A stretch of 64,000 nt of DNA. Source: Escherichia phage F2. The translations under genes were made by a program, and so were the position numbers. Under the pieces are notes generated by a model that searched no databases, was not told where the DNA came from, and saw nothing but the letters and a program-made list of their open reading frames with translations. Below are positions 1 to 7,297 of the stretch, in pieces; within the stretch, counting starts at the first letter, position 1; each line of letters opens with the position of its first letter. The stretch is from sequence record NC_054913.1. One strand, written 5' to 3'.

Positions 1-2
1 AT

Positions 3-218
3 ATGTTTGAAGTGCTTGATAATGCAGCCGAACTCAGAGTTCATGCTCAACTAACTCATGTACTCAATGCTTTGCTCCCAGACCAAGTAGATTCTATTGC
101 TATTACTCTTCTCCCTGGGTCTGCACACGTCATAGTGGTATTTGATCTTGACGGCGATTTAGTTATCCAATGTGATATCAATTTCGGTACACAAAAAATT
201 GAATGCAAAGCAATTTAA
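3..218 (+). CDS. hypothetical protein (ORFan)
   Basis: 71-codon ORF from the track; co-directional with the early genes; no recognisable motif. Confidence 0.3.
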   Translation: MFEVLDNAAELRVHAQLTHVLNALLPDQVDSIAITLLPGSAHVIVVFDLDGDLVIQCDINFGTQKIECKAI

Positions 219-278
219 TGGTTTACAACATGGTGGAGTTGTGATACTATAACTCTACCAACAAATGAGGAAATAGAA

Positions 279-515
279 ATGCTAAGTGAAAACCCAATTA
301 CAGTACACGAATTTCAGATTAAAGTAAAAGAATTTGCTCAAGCACTCATCAATAAAGTGTCTGAACGTTTCCAAGATGCAACATTACGAGTTATTCAAGA
401 ATCTCCACGTTCTTTTCTCATAATCGTTAATCCTAAAGATGGTGACCAAATTACTAATCTTAAATTAGGCAGTGATGGTCTTGTTGAAGCAACTCGAGTA
501 TATGGAACACTATAA
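279..515 (+). CDS. hypothetical protein (ORFan, 78 aa)
   Basis: ORF preceded by GAGGAAATAGAAATG; no recognisable motif. Confidence 0.4.
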   Translation: MLSENPITVHEFQIKVKEFAQALINKVSERFQDATLRVIQESPRSFLIIVNPKDGDQITNLKLGSDGLVEATRVYGTL

Positions 516-635
516 TGAGAGCTATCTCATTACTATCGTGAATGGTCATAAATCTGAGAACTACCAACTTAGCCTGTCTAATCCGGTTAAAGGTATTGTT
601 GAATCAGAATCTGTTTATATCTCCTAAGGATTGTT

Positions 636-1628
636 ATGTTACCTGTCATCAGAAAACTTATTTCTCCAAAAGAACTGGCTGAGATTATTCCTTTGTCGGA
701 AGCTTACGCATCACAAGTGGCTTCTCATCGCGAACAAGTTAATTCGATTATGAACGGTGAAGACCCACGCAAACTTATTGTTGTAGGTCCTTGTTCAATT
801 CATGACCCTATTGCTGCTGTTGAATACGGCAAACGTCTGGCTGAACTTCAAACTCGTCTTCCTAATGTTCTGTTAGTGATGCGCGTTTATTTTGAAAAGC
901 CTCGAACTACCGTAGGTTGGAAAGGTCTTGTAAATGATCCATATCTTGACGGAAGTTTTGATATGAACCACGGTCTTATAGTTGCACGAACATTGTGTCG
1001 TAAACTTCTACGTATGGGACTTCCATTAGCAACTGAAGTATTAGACCCATTCACGATTAAGTATCTTTCTGGTATTTTCTCATGGGTTGCTATTGGCGCC
1101 CGTACGACTGAAAGTCAGACACATCGTGAAATTGCTTCAGGTCTACCGATGTGCGTAGGCTTCAAGAACGCAACCAATGGTTCTATTAAAGTAGCTACAG
1201 ACGCGATGTATAGTGCCGCCTGGCCTCATCGGTATATGGGTATGGACGTCGATGGTACTGTAGGCATTGTTGAAGCTGAAGGTAATCAGAATACGCATAT
1301 CGTATTGCGTGGCGGGACCAACGGCCCGAACTATCATTCTTCTGATATTCAAGAAGCTTCTAACAAAGCAAGGGCAGTAGGTCTGAATCATTATGTAATG
1401 GTTGACTGTAGCCATGCAAACGCTGATGGTCATTATAGCAATCAAATTGGTATTGGTAAAAATTTAGCAGCTAATGATTTGGTCAAAGGAATTATGATAG
1501 AATCATTCCTACATGAAGGAAATCAAAAAATTTCTGATAATATGTCCTATGGCGTTTCCGTTACCGATGCGTGCATCAGTTGGGAACAAACTAAAGAGCT
1601 GTTAACTTATATTAATAAGGTTCAATAA
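636..1628 (+). CDS. 3-deoxy-D-arabino-heptulosonate-7-phosphate (DAHP) synthase, class I (AroG/F/H-like)
   Basis: 330 aa; blocks LIVVGPCSIHDP, MRVYFEKPRTTVGWKGL, IGARTTESQTHRE, GFKN, HIVLRGG, GIMIESFLHEGNQ match class I DAHP synthases; stop overlaps cd start (TAATG). Confidence 0.9.
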   Translation: MLPVIRKLISPKELAEIIPLSEAYASQVASHREQVNSIMNGEDPRKLIVVGPCSIHDPIAAVEYGKRLAELQTRLPNVLLVMRVYFEKPRTTVGWKGLVNDPYLDGSFDMNHGLIVARTLCRKLLRMGLPLATEVLDPFTIKYLSGIFSWVAIGARTTESQTHREIASGLPMCVGFKNATNGSIKVATDAMYSAAWPHRYMGMDVDGTVGIVEAEGNQNTHIVLRGGTNGPNYHSSDIQEASNKARAVGLNHYVMVDCSHANADGHYSNQIGIGKNLAANDLVKGIMIESFLHEGNQKISDNMSYGVSVTDACISWEQTKELLTYINKVQ

Positions 1629-2209
1629 TGAAAGCTAGCACATACCTTCAGATTGCATATCTGATTTCTCAAGAATCAAAATGTTGTTCATGGAAAGTTG
1701 GCGCAGTCATTGAAAAAGATGGGCGCATTATTTCTACTGGGTATAACGGTTCACCTGCAGGTGGCGTTAACTGTTGCGAACATGCATCTGAAAATGGTTG
1801 GTTGAAGAATAAACCAAGCCCGGTCATCGTTGCTGGACATAAAGAAGGCACTACAGCATTTGGACGGGTGGATAATTTTGTTTTGGCTAAAGAACATCGG
1901 GCCGCTCATAGTGCATGGTCTGCTAATAACGAAATCCATGCTGAATTGAATGCAATTTTGTTTGCAGCTCGTAAAGGTAATTCTATTGAAGGTGCTACGT
2001 TATATACGACGCTTTCTCCGTGTCCTGATTGCACTAAAGCTATTACGCAGTCAGGTATTAAAAAGGTTGTATACGCAGAATTATATGACAGATCTCCTGA
2101 AAATTGGGCAGACATTCTAAAACAAGCTGGTATTGAAGTAATTCAGTACTCTCGTAATAATCTTCGTTCTCTGAATTGGGAACAAATCCGAAACTTTTGT
2201 GGTGAATAA
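1628..2209 (+). CDS. cd: dCMP deaminase
   Basis: 193 aa as in T4 Cd; zinc-binding HAELNA and SPCPDC motifs of the cytidine/dCMP deaminase fold. Confidence 0.9.
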   Translation: MKASTYLQIAYLISQESKCCSWKVGAVIEKDGRIISTGYNGSPAGGVNCCEHASENGWLKNKPSPVIVAGHKEGTTAFGRVDNFVLAKEHRAAHSAWSANNEIHAELNAILFAARKGNSIEGATLYTTLSPCPDCTKAITQSGIKKVVYAELYDRSPENWADILKQAGIEVIQYSRNNLRSLNWEQIRNFCGE

Positions 2210-2210
2210 T

Positions 2211-2507
2211 ATGATTTTAACTGAACAGGAAACTATGGTTCTTCGTGAACGTATTAAAACTATTCTGTCTGTAGGCGTTCATTGTGTTGTATTTGAAAAG
2301 GCTAACGGTGAGGTACGCACTATGTTTGCTTCGCGCGATGAACTTGAAGTCAAATATGAAAATAACAATCCGGCAACAGAAGTTCGTTATGAACCTCGTG
2401 AATCAGTTCGAGCATTCGATACCAAGTTAGGTCAGTGGCGTTCTTTCCGCCTTGATAAAGTAATTTCGGTTGATGGTACTCCTGTAGAACGTTTGCTTCT
2501 TATGTAA
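2211..2507 (+). CDS. hypothetical protein (gene 31.x-like position)
   Basis: ORF with ATG at 2211 just after the cd stop; track start at 2199 is GTG. Confidence 0.5.
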   Translation: MILTEQETMVLRERIKTILSVGVHCVVFEKANGEVRTMFASRDELEVKYENNNPATEVRYEPRESVRAFDTKLGQWRSFRLDKVISVDGTPVERLLLM

Positions 2508-2534
2508 TATGCTTTACGAATAGTATGGTATTAT
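2508..2534 (+). promoter_or_regulatory. putative MotA-dependent middle promoter upstream of gene 31
   Basis: MotA-box-like TGCTTTA at 2510-2516 and TATTAT 12 bp downstream at 2529-2534. Confidence 0.45.
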
Positions 2535-2564
2535 TAATCTATCGTCAAACAACAAGGAAATAAG

Positions 2565-2897
2565 ATGTCTGAAGTACAACTCCCAATTCGTGCTGTTGGT
2601 GAATATGTCATTCTGGTTTCTGAACCCGCTCAAGCAGGTGATGAAGAAGTTACAGAATCAGGACTTGTGATTGGTAAACGTGTTCAAGGTGAAGTTCCTG
2701 AACTATGTGTAGTTCATTCTGTAGGTCCTGATGTTCCTGAAGGTTTTGTTGAAGTCGGTGATTTGACTCCACTACCAGTTGGACAAATTCGAAATGTTCC
2801 ACATCCATTTGTGGCTTTGGGACTTAAACAACCTAAAGAAATTAAACAGAAATTCGTAACATGCCACTATAAAGCTATTCCGTGTCTTTATAAGTGA
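2565..2897 (+). CDS. 31: gp31 co-chaperonin (GroES-like)
   Basis: 110 aa; near-collinear with T4 gp31 from recall ([34 protein letters not shown] ... [13 protein letters not shown]). Confidence 0.85.
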   Translation: MSEVQLPIRAVGEYVILVSEPAQAGDEEVTESGLVIGKRVQGEVPELCVVHSVGPDVPEGFVEVGDLTPLPVGQIRNVPHPFVALGLKQPKEIKQKFVTCHYKAIPCLYK

Positions 2898-3021
2898 TAT
2901 AAATAACTATATGAAGAGAACACTCTTCTAAGCGGTAGCCTACAACTGAGAGACTTGTCGAAAGAAGGTGAAATTCAGACGAACGTGGCTACTAAATATT
3001 ATCTCGAATTGAGAATTTAAA

Positions 3022-3270
3022 ATGATTAAACAATTACAACACGCTCTTGAACTGCAACGAAACGCATGGAATAACGGTCACGAAAACTACGGTGCGTCAA
3101 TTGATGTTGAAGCCGAAGCACTGGAAATCCTGCGATATTTCAAACATCTGAATCCTGCTCAGGCTACTCTGGCTTCTGAACTGGAAGCTAAAGATGAATT
3201 GAAATATGCTAAGCCTCTGGCTTCTGCAGCACGCAAAGCAGTTCGTCATTTTGTTATTACCCTGAAGTAA
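3022..3270 (+). CDS. hypothetical protein (82 aa)
   Basis: ORF in the hyperplastic 30.x region; no motif recognised. Confidence 0.45.
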   Translation: MIKQLQHALELQRNAWNNGHENYGASIDVEAEALEILRYFKHLNPAQATLASELEAKDELKYAKPLASAARKAVRHFVITLK

Positions 3271-3292
3271 GTTAAATCGAGGAGCCGTCGAA

Positions 3293-3484
3293 TTGTCTGA
3301 TTATCGATTTGCGAATCGGTATGTTTTAGAAGTACCGCCCCGACAATTTTACGGTGTACCTCTTGAATGTTACTATCATGCGTCAGAAAAGTGTTATCTG
3401 TGTAAGTCTTGGTGGTATGATGACGAGGTTTATGGTTATCCTGTCGTTAAATATCCAAAACCTATGTTCCCCTTGAGGGCTTGA
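3293..3484 (+). CDS. hypothetical Cys/Tyr-rich small protein
   Basis: 63-codon ORF with TTG start preceded by GAGGAG; weak. Confidence 0.3.
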   Translation: MSDYRFANRYVLEVPPRQFYGVPLECYYHASEKCYLCKSWWYDDEVYGYPVVKYPKPMFPLRA

Positions 3485-3532
3485 GCAGGCCATGTCAATA
3501 AGTCCTGCATTTTCATTTAAAGAGAATTTATA

Positions 3533-3712
3533 ATGGCAAAACAAGCTAAAGCAAAGAAAGCAGTTGAAAAGAAAGTTGATGGTACCTCTAAACGCGCTGG
3601 ATACAAGCGTGGGTCGAACTCTCGTATTAATCAAACAGTTGAGAAGATCATGCGCAGAGCACGTGCAGTTCTTCGAGATGATGCTTCTCGTTTTGGAAAG
3701 GTTGTTGCATAA
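3533..3712 (+). CDS. small highly basic protein (59 aa), not in the ORF track
   Basis: ATG at 3533; translation MAKQAKAKKAVEKKVDGTSKRAGYKRGSNSRINQTVEKIMRRARAVLRDDASRFGKVVA; followed by a terminator hairpin. Confidence 0.45.
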   Translation: MAKQAKAKKAVEKKVDGTSKRAGYKRGSNSRINQTVEKIMRRARAVLRDDASRFGKVVA

Positions 3713-3717
3713 TTTTA

Positions 3718-3740
3718 GGGAGACTTCGGTCTCCCTTTTG
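3718..3740 (+). terminator. rho-independent terminator hairpin
   Basis: GGGAGAC-TTCG-GTCTCCC followed by TTTTG. Confidence 0.6.
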
Positions 3741-3772
3741 TGCGTTTAGGGCAGAAAAAGTTTAAAAAAGAT

Positions 3773-3801
3773 GTTTACTCTCCTGTAGGATGTGTTACTA
3801 T
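3773..3801 (+). promoter_or_regulatory. T4-type early promoter
   Basis: GTTTAC at 3773-3778, 17-bp spacer, TACTAT at 3796-3801; downstream block shared with the other early promoters. Confidence 0.55.
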
Positions 3802-3842
3802 AGACTTGTACCACCTAATCAATAAAACAATCGGAGAATAAA

Positions 3843-4211
3843 ATGAAAATCAATCTGAACTCATACATCAAATGTAAAGACCACGACGGTTATAAAGCTA
3901 TCGAAATTAAAGAATTCCAGTGGATGTTATACAAAGAGCAATTTGAGTTCGTAGGTTGTATGACCCCTGAAGGTCCTTCAGATGATTTCTCTTGGAAAAT
4001 TGTGTTAGCAAACTTTTTCACAGGTGACACATACGAATTAAAAACTATTATTACCGGTAAAATTCGTTCAGAAACATATGTTGACGAAGAAACTGGTTAC
4101 TCTGAAGATGTTACATGGTATCAAAATGGACGCATTACAGCAGATAACCTGATCGAAAAAATGAAAGCCAAAGGTGTTTTAAATTTAGACAATTGGATTA
4201 AAGTTGCATAA
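3843..4211 (+). CDS. hypothetical protein (ORFan, 122 aa)
   Basis: ORF with RBS GGAGAATAAAATG and its own early promoter. Confidence 0.55.
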   Translation: MKINLNSYIKCKDHDGYKAIEIKEFQWMLYKEQFEFVGCMTPEGPSDDFSWKIVLANFFTGDTYELKTIITGKIRSETYVDEETGYSEDVTWYQNGRITADNLIEKMKAKGVLNLDNWIKVA

Positions 4212-4215
4212 AACA

Positions 4216-4255
4216 GTTTACTTTGGTACAGGTTATGTTATTATAGACCTGTACC
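4216..4255 (+). promoter_or_regulatory. T4-type early promoter with stem-loop (PeSL-like)
   Basis: GTTTAC at 4216-4221, 17-bp spacer, TATTAT at 4239-4244; perfect 8-bp inverted repeat GGTACAGG (4225-4232) / CCTGTACC (4248-4255). Confidence 0.6.
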
Positions 4256-4285
4256 AACAAACAACTTAAACATCTGGAGAATAAA

Positions 4286-4651
4286 ATGAACTACACCAAC
4301 TTCGAACGCAAATATGTTTCTAACGGTATCGCTGGTTCTATCGATATGGTTTGTTTGTGGAAGCATAAAAATGGTTCAGTATGTGAAATTGAGCAGTGCA
4401 TGACTCCTAATTATGTTTATATGCGATTTGAAAATGGCATCACTGTTTCAATCACGATGGAAGGTTCCAACTTCAAAATTGCATTAGATGACGATTTCCG
4501 TCAACGTGATTTAGGTACTCATCCTTGCTGGAACGGTGTTAATCGTAAACTTCTGGTTAAAACTTGGATTCGTCATATCCTGAGTAACCGAGCTAAACCT
4601 GAACATCTCGAAGCAATCTTTGATGTAGTTCTTAACGAATTCGATATCTAA
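4286..4651 (+). CDS. hypothetical protein (ORFan, 121 aa)
   Basis: ORF with RBS GGAGAATAAAATG and its own promoter and hairpin. Confidence 0.55.
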   Translation: MNYTNFERKYVSNGIAGSIDMVCLWKHKNGSVCEIEQCMTPNYVYMRFENGITVSITMEGSNFKIALDDDFRQRDLGTHPCWNGVNRKLLVKTWIRHILSNRAKPEHLEAIFDVVLNEFDI

Positions 4652-4658
4652 TTTAACT

Positions 4659-4674
4659 GGGAGCTTCGGCTCCC
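4659..4674 (+). terminator. stable hairpin (putative terminator or RNA-stability element)
   Basis: GGGAGC-TTCG-GCTCCC; no T-run follows. Confidence 0.4.
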
Positions 4675-4686
4675 ACTGAGGAAATT

Positions 4687-5301
4687 ATGTTTAAAGTTAA
4701 TACTTTTTATAAAATGAATTTTAAAAATGGGGATATTACTCCACGCCTTAAAAACATGTTCTCATATGACCTTATCGAGCCTTTTGAAGTTTTAGAAGTT
4801 ACTGATGCCGGCTCGGTTTGTGAAATTAGAACTTCTGAAGGTAAAATTTATCAGGCAGGTGTTGGTAAATTCAGTAATTGTTTTACTTTAATATTCTCGA
4901 CCGATTTAGATGAGCATTTTATTGAATGTCCTAACCCTAAGGTCCACGAAGTTCCACATCAAGAAACTAAGAAAAATGGCCCGCACGAATATACGAAGGT
5001 TGAAACTCCTCACGGCGTGATGTGGCGTCATAACTCTCCTTTTGGAAGTAAAGGAACATTTGCTCAACCGTCTAAACCGTATGACGATGAAAAATACATC
5101 GTCGTCTTTTTATCTGAACAGGGTACTCAAGACAGTGGATGCCAACGTTCCGGTTTATTGAGTGAACTTGAAGCTCATAACCAAGCACGTGAATTCGTTG
5201 AGAAAAATCCTGGTTCTGAAGCTCTAGTCATGAAAGCAATTACTCAATATATCACTGCTCAACCTGTTGTTCATCCAGTAGAAATTAATTTCGTTAAGTA
5301 G
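4687..5301 (+). CDS. hypothetical protein (ORFan, 204 aa)
   Basis: long ORF with RBS GAGG before the ATG; no motif recognised. Confidence 0.55.
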   Translation: MFKVNTFYKMNFKNGDITPRLKNMFSYDLIEPFEVLEVTDAGSVCEIRTSEGKIYQAGVGKFSNCFTLIFSTDLDEHFIECPNPKVHEVPHQETKKNGPHEYTKVETPHGVMWRHNSPFGSKGTFAQPSKPYDDEKYIVVFLSEQGTQDSGCQRSGLLSELEAHNQAREFVEKNPGSEALVMKAITQYITAQPVVHPVEINFVK

Positions 5302-5331
5302 TTTACATCCAAGGACGGATTAGAGTATAAT
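5301..5331 (+). promoter_or_regulatory. putative early promoter
   Basis: GTTTAC at 5301-5306, TATAAT at 5326-5331; spacer 19 bp, slightly long. Confidence 0.4.
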
Positions 5332-5355
5332 GATTTCTTTAGTAAGTGGAAAAAT

Positions 5356-5553
5356 ATGAAATTTTTAATAGCACAAACAGTTCAATTAAAAGGTGTTGGA
5401 ATTCCTGGGGTGATTTTTAAAGTTCTCCCTGAATTTAAAACCGGCGCTGGAATTATCAATGAAGCGTATGCTGTTCAATGGGTTGATTGGACTTCTGACA
5501 TACGTATGGGTAAAGAGTTATCTCCTATTAAAGGGTTGAAACATGTTGAATAA
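5356..5553 (+). CDS. hypothetical small protein (65 aa)
   Basis: ORF; no motif. Confidence 0.4.
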   Translation: MKFLIAQTVQLKGVGIPGVIFKVLPEFKTGAGIINEAYAVQWVDWTSDIRMGKELSPIKGLKHVE

Positions 5554-5755
5554 ATTAATCCAGAAATTGTTTGGTACGGAAATGATCGAAGTTACTTATC
5601 GTGTAACAGACTGCTCGCCTATTCATCCACAGGATGAACCGTTTATCAAGACAATTAAAATGCTTAAAAATGACGGTGGTTTATCTATTGAAGACCGTCT
5701 GCCTAGTTACGGACATTGGGCTGATGTTGAAATTATAAGTGTTAAAGATGTCTGA
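5543..5755 (+). CDS. hypothetical small protein (70 aa)
   Basis: ORF overlapping the neighbours at both ends. Confidence 0.4.
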   Translation: MLNKLIQKLFGTEMIEVTYRVTDCSPIHPQDEPFIKTIKMLKNDGGLSIEDRLPSYGHWADVEIISVKDV

Positions 5756-6206
5756 ATTAGAAATAAGAAGCAATTTCAAATGGCCGTCATGCGCATTAAG
5801 TAATTTCGCCCAATGGCCTTTTGTTATGGATGGTATTCAATTCGGAGGACTTGAAGGATTTCTCCAAGGATGTAAGGTGAAAAATGTTGAACAACAAAGA
5901 CGTATATTTGGGCTGTCAGGACTGGCCGCACAGCAAGCTGGAAGGTCTTATGCAAGAGCTCAGGACCATGGGACTCTCTTCTGGTTAGGAGTTCCATTTT
6001 CAAGATACTCTGAAGCATGGAAAGAATTATATACAAATGCATATTTTGAAGCAGCGATCCAAAACAAGGGGTTTCGCGACGCCTTACAAGCCTCTAAAGG
6101 AAAAATTTTGAAGCACAGCATGGCCAGCCACCTAACAAAAGATGATACAATATTAACTGAAGCTGAATTTATTGATGTGTTAAACCTATTAAGAGACTCT
6201 TTATGA
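5748..6206 (+). CDS. NADAR-domain protein (YbiA-like; putative ADP-ribose or N-glycoside hydrolase)
   Basis: LSNFAQWP and DGIQFGGLEGFLQGCKV match the NADAR signature as recalled from E. coli YbiA (FSNFAAWP, DGKTWPTSEHYFQAQKF); ATG at 5748; stop overlaps next start (ATGA). Confidence 0.65.
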   Translation: MSELEIRSNFKWPSCALSNFAQWPFVMDGIQFGGLEGFLQGCKVKNVEQQRRIFGLSGLAAQQAGRSYARAQDHGTLFWLGVPFSRYSEAWKELYTNAYFEAAIQNKGFRDALQASKGKILKHSMASHLTKDDTILTEAEFIDVLNLLRDSL

Positions 6207-7018
6207 AGCCTACTATTTTGACTGATATTGATGGTGTATGTTTAAGCTGGCAATCTGGACTTCCTTATTTTGCCCAAAAATATAATCTTCCATTAGAACA
6301 TATTTTAAAAATGATTCAGGACGAAAAATTTATTTCTCCTGGTAAACTGTTCAATACCGACGATAACCTTGGTAAACAATTAATAGAAAAATATAATAGC
6401 TCTGATTTTATTCGTTACTTAGCGCCTTATTCGGATGCTCTTCGAGTTATCAATAAACTAAAAGAAGACTATAATTTTGTAGCCGTGACGGCGCTAGGTG
6501 ATTCAATTGATGCTCGATTGAATAGACAATTTAATTTGAATGCTTTGTTCCCAGGCGCTTTTTCTGAAGTAATGATGTGTGGTCATGATTCGTCAAAGGA
6601 ACAATTATTTGAACTAGCTAAAACAAAATATAACGTGATTTGTTACGTTGACGATTTAGCTCATCACTGTGACCATGCGGCAGAAATTCTTAATGTACCG
6701 ATTTATTGGTTGGCTCGTGGTGAACGTGATGATATTCCTCGCACTGCACAACGTGTACACACGTGGGATGATATTGAATCTCGTTTGGTTTCACCCGAGC
6801 ATAATTCAGATTCAGATCGTGAAGACCTTTTAAAACGATTGGCGGATTTGCTTAAAGAATCTGGTGCAACAAGTCCAGGTGCATGGCCTAATCAAATTGG
6901 CGCTCCGTCGAATCCGTATACCTGGCGAAACCAAGGACCGACTGATATGCAGCCATGGTGGACGATTCAAAACTTTCCTTTAGATTCGTCCAAATGGACT
7001 TGGTCTACAAATTGTTAA
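6203..7018 (+). CDS. HAD-superfamily phosphatase (5'(3')-deoxyribonucleotidase-like) with a Trp-rich C-terminal extension
   Basis: HAD motifs DIDGV (motif I), VAVTAL (II), conserved Lys, YVDD (IV); C-terminal ~80 aa unrelated and W-rich. Confidence 0.6.
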   Translation: MKPTILTDIDGVCLSWQSGLPYFAQKYNLPLEHILKMIQDEKFISPGKLFNTDDNLGKQLIEKYNSSDFIRYLAPYSDALRVINKLKEDYNFVAVTALGDSIDARLNRQFNLNALFPGAFSEVMMCGHDSSKEQLFELAKTKYNVICYVDDLAHHCDHAAEILNVPIYWLARGERDDIPRTAQRVHTWDDIESRLVSPEHNSDSDREDLLKRLADLLKESGATSPGAWPNQIGAPSNPYTWRNQGPTDMQPWWTIQNFPLDSSKWTWSTNC

Positions 7019-7027
7019 GGGTTAATT

Positions 7028-7297
7028 ATGTTTGTAGTTCATGATATTACAGATGGCAAAAACACCACACGTGACTACGGTCACGTTAACATGTTCTTTC
7101 GAGACTGGCCATTGTTTCGTTCAGTAAAAGACGCAGAAATATTTAAAGAGTGTGTTGAACAAGGGTTCATCTACATTTCAGAATACTATGTTGAAGGACT
7201 CGGTAAATGGATTACCACTTATCAGAAAACGCTGAAATCGCTTCTAGATGAAGTGGCTTATAATAGAACCGTAACCAAAATCGAGGACATCAAATGA
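7028..7297 (+). CDS. hypothetical protein (89 aa)
   Basis: ORF directly upstream of the ligase gene with a 4-nt overlap. Confidence 0.5.
   Translation: MFVVHDITDGKNTTRDYGHVNMFFRDWPLFRSVKDAEIFKECVEQGFIYISEYYVEGLGKWITTYQKTLKSLLDEVAYNRTVTKIEDIK

Noticed and set aside
1143-1445. Antisense 100-aa ORF inside the DAHP synthase gene
   Set aside because: Fully embedded on the opposite strand of a well-supported gene, no RBS; treated as a shadow ORF.
636-1628. DAHP synthase as host DNA contamination or a prophage junction
   Set aside because: The gene is AT-rich like its phage neighbours and is translationally coupled to cd by a TAATG overlap, with no integrase, att-like repeat or compositional break nearby; resident phage gene is more likely.
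3383-3749. Track ORFs 3383-3634 (-) and 3564-3749 (+)
   Set aside because: Both overlap the better-supported 59-codon + strand ORF at 3533-3712, which has a free frame and a terminator; the 3564 ORF reads through that terminator hairpin.
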